Of a stretch of DNA of 58,593 nt, positions 43,701-58,350 are shown one piece after another. Source of the stretch: Folioceros fuciformis. Taxonomy: Eukaryota. Below the pieces are notes generated by a model. The model ran no database searches and was not told the DNA's origin. It worked only from the letters and a program-made list of their open reading frames with translations. A program made the translations under genes and the position numbers. How positions within the stretch are numbered: the stretch's first letter is position 1; each line of letters opens with the position of its first letter. Where the stretch lies: the NCBI GenBank assembly GCA_049999805.1, contig JBNGIO010006370.1, forward strand, positions 497,212 to 555,804, written 5' to 3'.

Positions 43701-46700
43701 CAAATATGAAGAACGGCTCAATGGCCTGCACAATTCCACAAAGAGGAATATTGGTTGCTTTTCAATCTTAAAGTTCGACCCTTGATAATCACCTGAGACT
43801 TTGCATTGACTCCCCCTTACGTGACGGGACCCTTACTTCTGGAAGACGAGCCCTTTCATCGTCGTTTAGCATATCCCACCCTCCGTCCTTGTTGAAAACT
43901 TGCAACAAACTGTCCATCACATTAAAGCAACTGACGAACAGATTATCTTCGGAGGTGTAAACCGTCTGCTTGAGTGTCTTCTTCACAAGCCTCACTGCTG
44001 GTATAGCCATCTTTGTGAACATAACCTTCATCTGATCTCCGTATACCTGCATAAACTTGGGGAGCTTTGGGATCCAAGAGTCAAAGAGAGGCTCAAACCC
44101 TCGGCAATGTGGTTCCATGTAGACCATTCCGCATCGACTGACTGTTGCTGGTGAAGCTACTGCAAGATCCTCCACTTCAAACATCATGGTCATGGGTGGT
44201 GACATCTGGATGATTTCTCCACTCACCAGACATAGTTTCTTGTTATCATCAAGAACAGTATTCTGCGTATGCACACAGGAACACTTTACAGGTTGCACGG
44301 AAAGGTAATATGCTACTGAAAACTTCAGGAGCAACACAGCTTTCTAACATGCCTCAGGGTAACCAATCTGTTAACCAGTCCATCAGGGTTGTCAAAGGTC
44401 TTACCATGTTCTCAATCCATATGGCATCCACTGGCCCATCAAACATGATCCATTTCTTATCAGGAGTGTTATCTCCAGCAAGTTCTCTCATGTAGCAAGC
44501 CAATACTCCATCTGTCCATTCATGGGTATTCGGGTCAAACTCTCCATAAAGCTGCCCCATGGTGATGGACTTTGGATTTAAGCAGGCGATCTTTACCTGC
44601 AACCAAGTCCAAACAACACTGATCAACTTGCCTGCCATTGACATCCACAAAGAAAGCTCGGATCAGCACAAGGTGAAGTCCATGAAGTACCTTTTCATAC
44701 TTCGTAGATCCTTCCTTGTTAAGTAATGTCATGCCCATGGCAAGTGAGCGGTAATTCATTGTTTTGCCACCCCCTGTGGGCCCTACAAGCATAAGGCCAT
44801 GGCGCACAATTGTAGTCTCATACAGTTGAATCACCTGGAGAAAATATCAAGCTCAAGACTTAGAACAGGGTACAAAGAAATGTCAGTTTTGCGAGCGTTA
44901 TACTAATGCCAGATGAATAACTGTACCTTTGATGTAAAAGCCTCCACAGGCATTATTTTCAGATCTTTGCTGACTGTTGCTAGAGCTCCCAATAGATCAT
45001 CATAGCTGATGTTTGGGGGTTTCACACCAGGAAAGAGATCGCTGATGATACCAGCAAAGAGAGGAAGATCTTGACTAAGGAATTTTGGAACATTAATATC
45101 ATTCAGACCACGCAACAACAGGACATCCTCATCTTCATCTGGGTATGACCGCTTTAAGTTGCCTGCTGCTACGATCACACTCTTCACTGCCCTCATACCA
45201 TAGTCATAGTGATCCTGTACCGTTCATGCAGACGAGCCAATGCATCCAGTAACCATTACGTCATTGTAAAAAACAGCGAACCATGAATCTTGTTGTACAT
45301 CAGGTGTAATCCAAAATAATACGCATTTGTGGAAAAGAATGATTCATTTCAAAAAGTTGTCTCTAGTTGCTACTGATAAGGTTAGCAAGGTTCCTACAGC
45401 ATGTATGCACCTGTGAGGAAAGCTGTTCAGAACAGAGCTTGAATGTGGCAACCATCTTGGCAGCTAAGTTCTTCGCCCTTCGAAAACCGAACGAGAACAA
45501 ACTGATCTCACCAATTAGAGCATAATCAGGAACCATCATAGCACAAGGTCTGAACAAGGCCTTCAAGTTGTCCGGCAACTCAGAGCGCCCTGCATAACTG
45601 GAGATGAACTCAACATCAAAATAAAGGAGAGAGAGAATTTCTTGCCTGAGCAGCACAACTTCCAGAGCCAGCAAACTGGTAAATCCCTCACCCTGGGTTC
45701 ATTGTTATGTAAACCGAGCACGAAGGATCGAGAGAAATTTCAGCATCCTCAAAAATGAAACGTTTCAACTTTTGCTGAATTGCTAGTTGAATTGTCAATA
45801 TCTGCTGCGCAATCACTGAAAGGACTTCCAAGTCAATCCGGTTGAACTCATCAAAACAAGCCCAGGCTCCGCTGCTAGCCAGACCCTTAAAAAACTTGCC
45901 CATGGCCAGGTAATCCAACCCATCGGAGCAATTAAACACAACGCACTGCTTTGCAAGTGCCTGCAAAACAATACGTTCAATCGAAAAAACTCAGCCTGTA
46001 CGTGATACATAACACGATTTGGAATGGATGCAGTTGCACTGTAGTACAGTGTCAACACTTGGGCTGATATCCACGTGATCACCTACTTTGGCAAGATCCT
46101 TTGTCGTCTCTGTCTTCCCAGTTCCAGCAGGGCCAGCTGGAGCGCCACCGAGATTCAAATGCAACGCACCCATCAAGGTCATGTAGCAACGATCCGTTAA
46201 AGGAGTAATCACCAGCCGAGGAGTGTTTCCCAAATACTCATAGCCATATGAAATAGACGCTTGAACCATCCGAACCCACACATTTTCATTCTCCCAATAG
46301 TATCGTAACTGGCTGACCCATTCAAAATCCGTCACAGCTTTGACCTGATATTCATCATCCACAGTACGATAGTATCTTACTGATCCTTGCCTTCAAATAG
46401 TTCTACTTCTCATCACAAAACCATGAACAGAGCTTACACTTTCGCTTATGAGTTTTATGACAACATCTCGAGCGTGCACATCAATCACGATCAATGCGCC
46501 AAGTGTGAGCCTACCAAGTGCTGTTAAGGGGGCACGAACAAGGTCTGTCAGCCCCAGGAGTTGAACCACCTGGAGAGGGGAACATACCAGAAATTTACAA
46601 CCAAAGAATATTCACCCTCAACAGGATAGGACTGTGCTTGTCAACCCAGCGTTTTGCAACCAAATACGCATGTAAGATTGGTAAGGGATTCATCAAACCT

Positions 46701-49700
46701 GGATATCATCCAAAAAGGCTTGCAGCGAGTTAGACATTACGGCAGCTTCTACTCCTAATGTCCAATAGACAGAGCTTCCACAGAGAACCACCTGGCCAGG
46801 CCATACTGTGACCCACTTGGTTCTTGCCGTCACCTTATAATCGGCTAGGGCTAATCTGATCTGATAACATTCAACGAATGGAACTGTTCGGTTACAGGAA
46901 AAAGCAAAGAGGTCCACCCAAAGCTGAACCACTGAATCATTTTAGCAAGGCTGCGAGAACACAAAATTACCAAGTCAACCTTTGATTGCTACCTACCTGC
47001 GTTAGAATGGCCTCCTTCATCCTGATTTCTACCTGGGATAACCAGGTTTCCACATTCCCAAGCGGTTGCATGGTTCTTGCAAAAGGAATCTGCACAAAGA
47101 TGCAGCCAAAAAGCTGTCCGGTGTCAACACTTCACTCTAACATTTGGGGAATAGATTGGAGGAGCCCTTTACCTGCTCTCGTTGAGAAACACGATGTCGA
47201 AATGCTAAGACCAAAAGCAGTCAAGACTAGAGCAACCACCTTTTCATTTTCAGCTGAATTCATTGCTGTAATTTCCATATCCGGTTGAAAGTCAAGTCTG
47301 TCAATAGCCTCAAAACACTTGTGAAGATGAGGCTGAACTGCCAGAGGATTCTTAGCCTGAGACAGTATCTGAAGCAACTCATCATTGGACAGGAAGAAGA
47401 AACGACTGAAGGCTAGTCTTTTGGTCTCCAAATAATCTGCAAGACCTTTCTGAACAAGGTCGATCAACTGCAGCGCGATGGAAGGATTCATTACATACTG
47501 GTTTTGAGGAAGTACCACAAGTTCAACAAGTGTCCAATAAACAGCAAATCTCCCACGTGAGACACAACAAATACCTTGTTGCACTCACGGAACTGCTCCA
47601 GCAATTTCTTACTTGAGCACATGGTTAGAATGTGAGGTGTCAAATGTGCTTGTCCTAGAGCCTTTCTCCAAACAGTATTTACAGTAGTGAACCTTTTACT
47701 TTCCATTGGAAGCTGAGTTTGAATGTCAGGACTGCTGAAAATTGGTTCCAGATACATCCACAGCCGCTGCAGAGTTAGCCACTCATCAATAATATCAGAA
47801 ACAAGGACCAACTGTGCTTCCCACTTGGCAAGCCTCTCCTCAAATGGCTTTTTGAACGGTGAAAAGCTCATAGACTGAGTCATAACGATATGATCATCCA
47901 ACGTTTGTAGCGTTTGCTCATCAATTTTCATAATGTATGTACCAGTTTCCTTGTACTCCATAATCTGCAGCAACATGGCCAGTCTGTTATTCATCCTTAT
48001 CACATGATACATGACTGTTGAAGACTAAGATAGGAAGGCCATTATTCACACATATCACATGATACAGAACTATCCAAGACCAACACAGCCAGTCTGCTTC
48101 TCATCCATATCACATTAGCATCCAGTTTAAAGCATTTAACTTGACATTCACACAATAAGGTAGCAATAAAATCACCATGAGGAACAAATTCTTCCACTCC
48201 TCTTCCATCCTCATTAATGCGGTTTCAATGGCGTACTCCTTGCACGCAATCTCCGAAACACGATTGATAACTTCCATGTAGTTTAGCAGACCCATTTCAA
48301 TGCCCTTAGTCAGAGTGAAGTCGTCCCCAGGATACAAGTCCATATGAATTTCACTGCTTATCTGGTCCCAATGTCTAGTCCGCATGCCAGGCTGACGCAT
48401 GGCTTGAATCAAAGGCACAAAGGGCTTGAATTCACCAACCTGAAGAAACCACAAAAAATCCACGCATTTACTTCAAACCTTCCGGCTAACAATCTCACTT
48501 CTCCAACAGCAGAACAAAACCGTCTCAACCAACAGCACCTACCTCTTTGCGGATAATATCACAGTTCAATGCGCCCGGCTCATATCCCTTCTGTGTAAAC
48601 AGCCTGCCGTACTTGAATAACCCTTTCCACCAACCAGTCACAGATTTCTCAATCTCGTCAGGATTGAGGTTGTTGAATGGTCCAAAGTACCATAACTTGG
48701 ACAGCCTTCTCCAGTCATCAGACGATGTCCATAAATAGTAGAAAGGCTCAAAGTTTTCAATTGTCTTCCTGAGCTTTGAATAATCCGTTGCTGGTACTTG
48801 GAACAAGGCCTCCCTGGAATTAAACAGTTTTGCGGCTTCATCTGCTTTCTTGAGCTGCTCATTAAGCTTCCGTGCTTCAAATGCCACCTTCTCAGCCTGG
48901 TGGTTAGGACACTGGTTAGGGATTATTGTATTGACATGCCTGACCTCCAAGGCGACAGCACAATTTTGGATGATCATTTAGACACGGCAGACCACAGTGG
49001 AGTTTGGAAATAACCAGGGCAAGATCAGTGTGTGCCCCGAATGCTCCCACTGATGACTCTAAGTTTTCCATAGCAATGACGAAAATGCTTTGCTGTTCCT
49101 CCATCTCTTTTTGATAACGCTCCATGTCAGCTGCTAGAATTTTTTCTGTTTTTTGGACCAGTTTCTCAATTCTATCAGGCCAAGACAGCAGAATCCACTT
49201 CTGGCTGAAGTCTGCGTCGTTCAGAGAATATTGCATATCATCTAATGCAGTATAGTATATCTGCAACCAAACGAATCTCCTGTTAGTGCTGTGCTCTTGC
49301 ATGAAAGGCTCTCGTCCCTGGCCTTCTATGACATTTCCTTACATCAGTGGCATCTATTTCTCCTCTTAATTCAAGGATCTTTGCCGGTAGACCGGCTATA
49401 TATTCCCTCTGTGAAGCAACATCCTCTGGGGTCTGCGTTTTTATCTTGAGCTGTTTCTCTTTTTCTTCAAATTTGTGACCAATTTCTTGTCCCATGAGCT
49501 TTGGGATAGTTGCTATCATAACTAAGGCTGCACAAAGAACCTGAATCAATCAAAATCACACACGCTGATTCACTATCTTTGAGCACACTGCAATGACTGA
49601 CTACCACAGATTCAAATTTTCACGAACCTATTTCCGCAAGTGATGCTTTCTTGTTCACAAGAAAGGTTCGGATCTTTTTGCATGCCACAAGAAACGGACC

Positions 49701-52700
49701 AAAGGTGACCATGGAAGGTATTCTGCAGCACATGATGTAAAACGTAGGTTAATACTCCATTGTAATACTCCATACTTCCTGTCGACAGCCAGCATTTTGT
49801 TTTACACTGGAGCTCTGATTCATCGCATCGAAATGCTCACCTCCTGTCGATGGTATCTTGCTCAACTCTGTGAAGGGCCACCTCTGCAAGTAGATCTTTC
49901 AAAGCAGGCTTCTTGGCCTCCAATTCTGCCTTGTATTTTGGCACGTCCAGTTGAAGAAGGGGCTCATAAACTACAAACTTGTCAAGGTACAGTTGCAAGT
50001 TTTTTGCAGACTTTTGTACTGCTTCCTGGAGGACGGAACCGAAGTGAGCGTCCCCCGAAGTGAGCGTCCCCTGAAGTGGGTGATCTACAGTTTTATGCAG
50101 CCAAAGGGAGGGTCTATGTACGTTGTCACTCACCAACATTTGGCTTTTCAGCTGTATCACCGCTGGCTCCAGCAACTGAACTGCATCGATCATAGGAGTC
50201 CCCCTCCAGAAAAGGTTCTCCATGATAGCGGGCTCCAGCTGTGGGATGAATTGCAAGCTTGTGATGGAATTGTCAAACGCCTTGGTGATCACTTCCTCAA
50301 AAGTTGGTATAGGAGTGTTGTAGTCAAAACCCCCTTTCTCCGTAGAAACCAGCTCCAAAGAGAATAGAGGTGGTTTTTTCAGCATCTGTAAGACATGGCA
50401 ACAAAGGTACCTGGACTCAAGTCACCCAAACACATGCAATAAACAGGACGCACTAGCATCTGCATCTGCCTGTCTCCCCCCAAGTGGACCAACGACAAGC
50501 ATCAACTGCATTCTGCTTGGTGCAAACACTTGTGGACAGATTTAAAGTGTTCACTGGGCAGCTCACCACGTAGTCTTGTGGAGACCAAACACTTGTAACG
50601 TCATCCACGCCCTTGATCTCCACCGTTGCATTCCCAAACTGCCTACCCACAAAAGAGGCATACTTTGCTAGCCCCTCTTCACACAGATATCTTGTGGTGT
50701 CCTCCATCATGTACCGTATCATCCTGAGATAACGCTTCATCTTGCTACCTTGATAGGCCTCATGACTCTGCTCACGAATGTTAAACCAACCCTTTCCAGC
50801 TTCTTTAAATGATGTCCGGATGATGCTTTTTAAAAGAGCTGTCCAGCTACCACATCCAGCAACTTACTGTACTCAGGCAGGGGACTGTGAGGACTCTGAA
50901 CACCGGCATCACACGCAGTAGTGTAGACCTGAGGGAAAAAGTAAAGAGCTCTACGTTTCTCTTAAATGCTGAGACGCTTGTTCGCTTGTTTGAGCTTGCA
51001 ACTGCTCGAATTCCTCAAGGCGGAGACTCTTGTTGTAATGGGTACTAAGGAGTATCATTCTTAGCACCTTGTTACATTCAAACCTGAGCTTCCCTGTAGC
51101 TATGATCACCTCAGGCCTAGTGAGGCAGGAAGCAAAGAAGAATTCACTTGACGTTTCCTCGAAGTCGTACTCTGGACATGGCTTACAGCCGCATCTGTTA
51201 TATGAACCTCACAAGCATGTTAATTCGGGATGCCATGCACGACCTGTGTGCTCTCCAAAGGGCCATGAGATATAGCAGTGTATCTTACAATGGCACTGCT
51301 GGCTTTGGCGCTTCTGGAATGTCCAGATCCACTGACACCACAAACTCCCTGGAGGCAGTAGGCTCTTGGTGAAGGCTGTCGTCAAATACAATCTTGTTCA
51401 TGGCACGGGCATAATCCAAGTTCACCTCCTTCAGAAGTTCCACCACACTGCAACCCTTTTCCCGAAACATCTTGTTGTTGAATGTCATCATCTCCATTCG
51501 CAACTCCTGCTCATGCGTGAGTGGAGGTATGTCCTCTAACGGCATACTCTCCACATAGAGAATGTATTTCTGTCGCAGCAACCATGTAATGATTCAGGCT
51601 CAGTCAGTTGCAACACGTGGCAAAGCTCAATCACAGCTCAAAACCAATAGAAATTGATTCCACACGTACCAAGTAGGATTCTGTCTTGGAGCGCAGCTTG
51701 TATCCATCTGCAAAACGCCGTGCAAACAAAACAGGATCTTCAGCCTTAAAGTGCACCTGTATCCTGCACTCTTTATTCAAAACATTGAAATGTAAAAAGG
51801 TCAGCCCGGCAGACCCAGCCAGCATGGAACGCTGCAAACCTAAAATTCAGAAATTGTTCAAGATGGGCTTGTAGATTTTGCCTCGGTAGCCATGCCTCTT
51901 GCCCTGTGTCATCCCACTGCACAAGGTAGGTGTTTTTGTCCACCACGTAATCCAACACGGTACACGTCTTCCAGATACATTTCCCCTCGAAATTGACAAA
52001 GGCAGCCTCTGCGGGGACCTTGATATTTTTGTCAACCCTGGTGAATGAAGGAAGTAAGGTCTGAGAGATTTGAATTTCAGGCTCTAACCTGGCAAGCCAG
52101 TCACGGTATCATGAATCTGCTATCCAAAGGAGCGAATTGATGCAAAACTAGGGAACAAAAATAACAGCCTCCAGTTCCCATGATCCGCTTGTTTGCAAGA
52201 ACCTCTACCGCATGAATTTGCTTTTCAGCAATAAACAGCCGATCAAGTTCAGGAAAGCAGGGGAATATGGTGCTGAGCTTTACTAGTGCTAATCACAGAG
52301 TCTCATTCTACTCCAGGAGCAGAAAAGCAGTACCACTGTGAAGGATGCCGAGTTTCATAATCCACATTGTCAAAGTAGTGAAGAGGGACCTTTCCATCCG
52401 CAGTTGTCAGGTCCAAGCGATCAGGCACTAGACCCTCTTTTGTCAGCAGGTCTGCCAGATTCTGCTGGGCATAGAGTCTCTTCATCCTGCGCGACACCAT
52501 CAGCATCCACAGCAGAGGAACCCGTGGTAAGTGAAAGTGCACGCCACGAGCCCAGTCCTTTCCACCCAGAAATCACCGGAACTGCATGCAACAAATGCGG
52601 GTACGCAATTGCAGCGTACCTTTCAATCTGAACTCTACGCGGTGTCTCTCCAACTTTGGAATCAAATGGGACCATGACTCTCGGGTCCACAACCGTTTCC

Positions 52701-53010
52701 ACATAATCTTCGAGGTCCAGCATGGCCTGGACATCCAAAAGAAGGCAAGCTTAAACTCCACCAGTCTCACTCTCTGCCGACATAATAGCTCAACAGATGG
52801 CAGCTGCACAACACATGGGAATCAGGGCGGAGCATGCAGAACCTCTTCTGGCGATCGCTTCTTGCCCTTCGAACCCGTGCCATCCACCTCCATGGGAGCT
52901 GCCCCTCCACCAGGGTCCCCAGGCCCATCGATGTTGGCCTTCAAGCTCGCTGCATTGCCAAGCATCACAAGCTCAGAACCTGGGTTTGCAACGGCTGCAA
53001 CCTCGGCTCC
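34755..53010 (-). CDS. DNAH1: Axonemal inner-arm dynein heavy chain, DNAH1-like, many short introns (5' end unresolved, ~52900-53640)
   Basis: P-loops GPAGTGKT (AAA1), [16 protein letters not shown] and [18 protein letters not shown]; stalk/MTBD. N-terminal [25 protein letters not shown] and [15 protein letters not shown]-terminal [23 protein letters not shown]...ALAF* (stop 34755-34757). Confidence 0.92.
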
Positions 53011-53916
53011 TCCCTCGGAGACCCACAACAACGCATACCTCTGGGCTGGGGCTGTGCCGGCCGCATTCTGCCAGTCCTGCACTTTACCCACACTACCCTG
53101 AAGTGCACACCCCCCCTGCAGCCTGCCTCCCACAACCTCCTACACCACAACACTCGTCGGCCATGGCCTCCTGAGCTCCCAAACACCACAGAAGCAACAC
53201 TCCACTGCACCTTCCATCCAGCAAGCGCTCCTCCCACACCTCTCCTTCCCACCAGAGAACCGCACCATTCCGACCGACGCCTCGCTACACACAACCCACC
53301 ACAATCCTAGGGCATCACCTCCCGCCCCCACATTCCTATCGCAATTCCGTCAGCTCCGCAGCTAGATCCACTCCCGCAGCAGCCCTGCTGCAGAGCAATT
53401 CGCGGTTCCGATGCTCCCCGCATGCAAAGATGACAAGAGTCGTCTTAACGCTCACCTGAATCTCGCGCTCACGTGGCGGTTTCCGGGCGGGCTGTCCGAG
53501 CGCCCGGACTCTCCCCAGCCCCAACTTCCACCCACTTTACGATCCGCCCAAAACAGGCGTCCCAAGCGCCCACACAGATCTGAGGCTTTACCCGTTACGA
53601 TTTTCGTGCAACAGCCGTGCATGCCGTCGTGGCCTCCGCATTGGTGATGGGATAAGCACGACGTGGCAGCCCCGGCCTGAGAAGCTGACGGGAAGAAATT
53701 CACTGAAACCAGCAGACCCACGGCTACGTTTTCCCAATTGGGCTCTGCCCCGGCAGTCTCGGACCCGACTTCGCCTTGCCGCCGCTGTTGCCATGGCGCT
53801 CTTTCTTCCTTCCTTCTTCCCCGTCCTGTGCTTCCTGCTCTGCACCGGCCGCTACTCTGAGCTCTTCAAGCTGATTCAGACGTTCATGTCCCAGTGCGTG
53901 TGAGAGGAACGCAGCC

Positions 53917-55552
53917 ATGGAGGGGGAGGCCGATTCCCGTGCCCAGCAGCAGCTCATCAAAGTGGAGGCAGCGGGCGATGGCGTGGGCTGGATCACGCTC
54001 AACCGGCCTGCGGCGCTCAACGCGCTCACCAAGGACATGATCACCGACCTCGCTGTGGCATTCCGGAGACTGGACGCCGATCCCGGTGTGCAAGTCATCA
54101 TCCTCACTGGGGCCGGACGAGCTTTCTGCTCTGGAGTGGTAGCGTGCTAGGCTCGCTTTCTTGAAGTTACTGCCTCCTCTGCTGCAGAATTGGCTTCTCC
54201 TTTGATGATGAGGAGCGGATCTGGATATGCGTCCCGTCCTGTGCTTGCAGGATCTAAGTGCGGCGGCAGACGTGTTCAAGGGCGATGTCAAGGACGTGGA
54301 GAAGGACCCGGTTGCACAGATGGAGAGGTGCAAGAAGCCCATAATCGGTGCAATCAACGGGTTCGCCATCACTGCTGGATTCGAACTCTCACTCGCCTGT
54401 GACATTCTGATTGCAAGCACGCAGGCTAAGTTCGTCGACACACATGCCAAGTAAGCCAAGGCCTCATGCTTCTGCAAACTCCTACTCGAGACTCGCTCTT
54501 CCTGACTTCACGTCGTCATGCTCTCCACCTTCTCATCCGGATGATCGATGCCCTTCCTTTGAGCTTACCTCATGCCTTCTGTTTAGCTCTCCTCCCACCC
54601 CCCATTTCCATTGATGGGATGAGGTATCCTCAAGGTCTATCGTTCTCAAGTTTGCTTCATGCTCTTCCCCCAGTTTCATACCTGTCCTTCAAGTTTTTCC
54701 ATGCTCTTTCTCGAGTCTGCTTCGTACTTTCCCTTGCATCTGCGTCGTGCCGTCCCTCTGTAGTCTACTTCATGCATGCTCTCCTTCAATTCTCTTCAAT
54801 TCTGCTTCATTCTGCTCCAGCACAGGTTTCCACATGCTAGTCATCGTGGGAGAAGCCTTGGCCCTCAAGCTTCAGTAATCCTCGTCTCCCCAGCCCTGCT
54901 GCATGGTTTCCTCATGCTTCTCCTCCTTTATGCTCTCTTCACGCCCCTCCCTCTCAGGTCTCCTCCGGCTTGCTTCCTGCCGTTCCTCAATAATGCACTG
55001 GAACTAGCATACATGCACAGTACAATTCTCAAACGTCCTCTACCGCTGGGGCGTTAGGTTCGGCATCTTCCCGACGTGGGGACTATCACAGAAGCTTCCC
55101 AGGCTGATCGGGGCCAACAGGGCGAGGGAAGTCTCCCTGACGGCAGTCCCACTGGACGCGGAGCGAGCTGAACGATGGGGCTTGGTGAGCAGAGTTGTGC
55201 AGCCCGGGGAGCTGCTGAACGAAGCTCGGGGTCTTGCGCATGCCATCACCAAGAACCAGCAGCAGCTGGTGCTCCAGTACAAGGCCGTGGTAAACGATGG
55301 CCTCAAACTTCCTCTAGGGGAAGCTCTTCTTCTGGAGAAGGCACGTCACCTCATCCGATCCCTTTATTTATCCCATGTCGCATAGACGTAGTCCGCTCCA
55401 CCTCAGGCAGGTCGACCCACCGTCTAATTGGCATGCAGGAACGCGGCCACGCCTATTACTCCCAGATGCGGCCAGAGGAGTTCGGTGCGATGCAGAACTT
55501 CATCTCTGGACGTTCCTCCTCCAAACCCAAAGTTCCCGCTTCCAAGCTGTGA
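53917..55552 (+). CDS. ECHIA: Peroxisomal enoyl-CoA hydratase/isomerase with PTS1, 4 exons
   Basis: ITLNRPAALNALT, GRAFCSGV/DL, KPIIGAINGFAITAGFELSLACD, FGIFPTWGLSQKLPRLIG and C-terminal SKL. The last intron (55341..55438) is GC-AG. Confidence 0.92.
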
Positions 55553-55699
55553 GATTCTCAGGCTGCAGGGATGGATACCTCTGTCCCGACACGACAGTCT
55601 CTTCTTTGTGCAAAACATTTGTACATAAGTTTGATGGATTTCTTGCTCAACGATCAATGGAACTGCGACAGCGAAATGACACACAAAACCATACCCTTC

Positions 55700-58350
55700 T
55701 TATGCTCTGCACATGCAATCAGTGAGAGGGTTTTCGTATACATCGTAAGTCGGGAAGGTCGGTTCTGGCAACCCAAATCTGCCCTCGTGCATGCTGGCCA
55801 CATTCTGCACAAAAGCTGGCCACCCGAGATGGGGATCTCCCAGAGCGAAGGCCATAAGTCCCTTGTTGGGCTTGATGGATTTCAAACGGTGGCCCAAATA
55901 TCTCCGGAAGCCGATGATGAGCTTGGCGAAGTTCCCACCGTGTGTCATTGTGAAGACATTTGCTTTCAGGCAGACGAGGAAGTCCAGGGCCGCCAGGCTC
56001 GTGACATGCTCCCTGAACGGTTTCAGCTCTTCAGCTGTTGCCAGTTCGTCTTTTCTCACCTGCAGCATGGAGAGCAGAGGGGTCAGACGGCAATGTGTGA
56101 GGATAGAAGAGCATGGGCGAGGACTGCTGTGTTACCAGGTTCGGATACATGTTTCTCAGAGGCGCCATCCGGGTGTCACCTCCGTGGACTTGGCCTGATG
56201 CAACATAAATCTGTGTCTCCTTGGGGTATCCCAGAGCCATGAGGATGACACCCACTTCTCCAGGCTCCAGTGGGCATCTTCCCTCTTTGCGCTTTTGCAA
56301 TGCTTGTTGCCAAAGGTGGGATCCGTTCTGCAGGTAGAAACTGGTCAGTCTGAGAACCAAGTCTGTGCGGCAGAGTGCACCTGGGACCTTTGATAGTAAC
56401 TCACATTGAATCGACGAGGCCATTCCTTTTGCCTGTAAGCGGCCATCATGGCCTTCTCGCGACGGTTGCCAACGAAGTCGCAGAAGGAAAGCCCAACCAT
56501 GCCTTTCTCGAAACGGAGGTGCAATGCCCTGCGAGTTGGATTCTCGCAGCCCATCAGATGATTGATACACGATAAGCCACTCGTTGATCAAGTCAGGATG
56601 GAAGAGAATTACTCACATGTATGGTCGTGGAATGCCAGTGCGGTTTCTCATCCTTGAAGCAAGAACCTCAGCCATTTCTTCAATATGTGGCAGAAACCTC
56701 AAGGCATGATAGTTCACCCTGCACCTCAGTCGATTGATCTCTGACGGCACATTGTCGTATCTGCTTCATCGGGACGATGCAAAAAGGGAGTAAGCTTCAC
56801 AAATGACCTTGTGTTCACATGAAGCAGGGGCACGAGACGCAGAAGACAAATTGGCCCCACCCAAGGCGATCAACAAATGGTTTCAATGCCATCACTCCCT
56901 TCTCCTTAATTCGTGGTAGCACATTGTCCAGGTACCACTGTGCAGAGGCATACTTGGGGATATTTTTCACTGTACGCCTGCTCAAACACCAGGAATCGAC
57001 GTGACTCCATCATCAGCGAATCCCAACTACAAATGCACACATCACATTAAATTCCACCATGTATAAGCAGAACAAACCTTATGCTGGTGTACAGATCACC
57101 ACCATCTGCCAGATGAGCAGGTACTTCCTTGATAATCCGCACATCCTCTCGCAGATAATCGATGAAATGATCCACATCAAACACATCTTGAAACCGTCTG
57201 ATGTACAGAAACCCACGGTCACAATAATCTCAAGATCTACAAATCCAGCTTGGGTTATGCAAGACATAAAACAAGATACAAGAAAACCCTCGCACATACG
57301 TCTGATCCTTCCAGATCTGGTCTTGCTTCATCAGTGGGATGATCAATGTGACATTCATGATCCTCGCCACTGCTACAGCATTGCAGATCTGCAAACAGGT
57401 TGAGCTTAGTTAGCCTTATGCCAAGGTAAAGTGTTGTACCCGGGGCAAGGCAAGCTGTAGCAAGAAGGTTGCCTGCCAGGCTTTATATCAGAAAGCATCC
57501 CTTACCCAAAGCCAACACAGAAAGCATAAACGAAGAACCCACAACGCTGTTTTACGTTAGACCAGGATCACGTTACTGAGTAGGAGTCTCACAGCAACAC
57601 GCTGCTGATTCAATCCACCTTCGGCATGAATCCCCAGATAACCATTTGGTTCTTCTTCCAAGTCAGGAGCTGGCAATACACAAACCACTCGGGTGGTGAA
57701 AAGCTGTGAAAGAAGCATAGCTCAACAGCGACAACAACGCACCAACAGAAAGTGGGGATGCAGGATAAACAAACATACGAAGATAATTGTCCTCACGAAT
57801 CTCAGCACAGGCTTTCCACGACGTAGTAGCAGAGATGGGGTTCTCCCACAGAGATGGGGAATCCGTCACCTGCCAATGAGAGAAACCATTCCGCCTCAAT
57901 ACTGATTTCGACCACCACCCTGTAAATGCAGTTGGGCATCACCAAGGCGCTCACCTGGGGGCAATGCAGCGACAGTCCGTCTTTCTGGCAAAGATAAGCG
58001 GCAGGTTGGCTCTGCAATATGATGGGGAGCCAATAGAAGCGAGAATAATCAGGACAACGAGCCCACGATAGGTCAAAACCACCAGCCAGAATCAACCACC
58101 GTACCTCCTTCCTGAAAATGGGCAAGACAGACATAAAGCCTCCCACCAGCACCAGCCCGAGGACCAGCATGAAAATTCTTCTCCATATCTTCCACCTACT
58201 TGCAGCTGAAAACTCGTGTGCCGCATGGGAGGAATCTTTAGGAGTTTCCTGTTGCTCATCTCGTGTGGGAGCATCCTCGTACTTCCAGGACATCAACCGG
58301 CTGAAGGTCTTCAGCCTATTGATGAAACGTCGGTGCCGAGTCTCGGCCAT
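55700..58350 (-). CDS. PAGR: GT106/O-fucosyltransferase-family protein, PAGR-like, multi-exon
   Basis: Type II TM segment, WENPISATTSWKAC, GYLGIHAEGGLNQQ, LHLRFEKGMVGLSFCDF, RKEGRCPLEPGEV, SLAALDFLVC and ENPLTDCMCRA*. Confidence 0.88.

Noticed and set aside
50026-50133. Dynein ORF reading through extra sequence that contains a 16-bp duplication
   Set aside because: It is a stop-free 108-nt GT-AG intron, not a protein insertion.
53787-53800. RFX X-box-like GTTGCCATGGC upstream of the dynein gene
   Set aside because: The match is partial and plants lack RFX factors.
33025-58350. Two pectin-related glycosyltransferases (CDI, PAGR) as a biosynthetic cluster
   Set aside because: They are separated by unrelated genes over more than 20 kb, with no evidence beyond chance.
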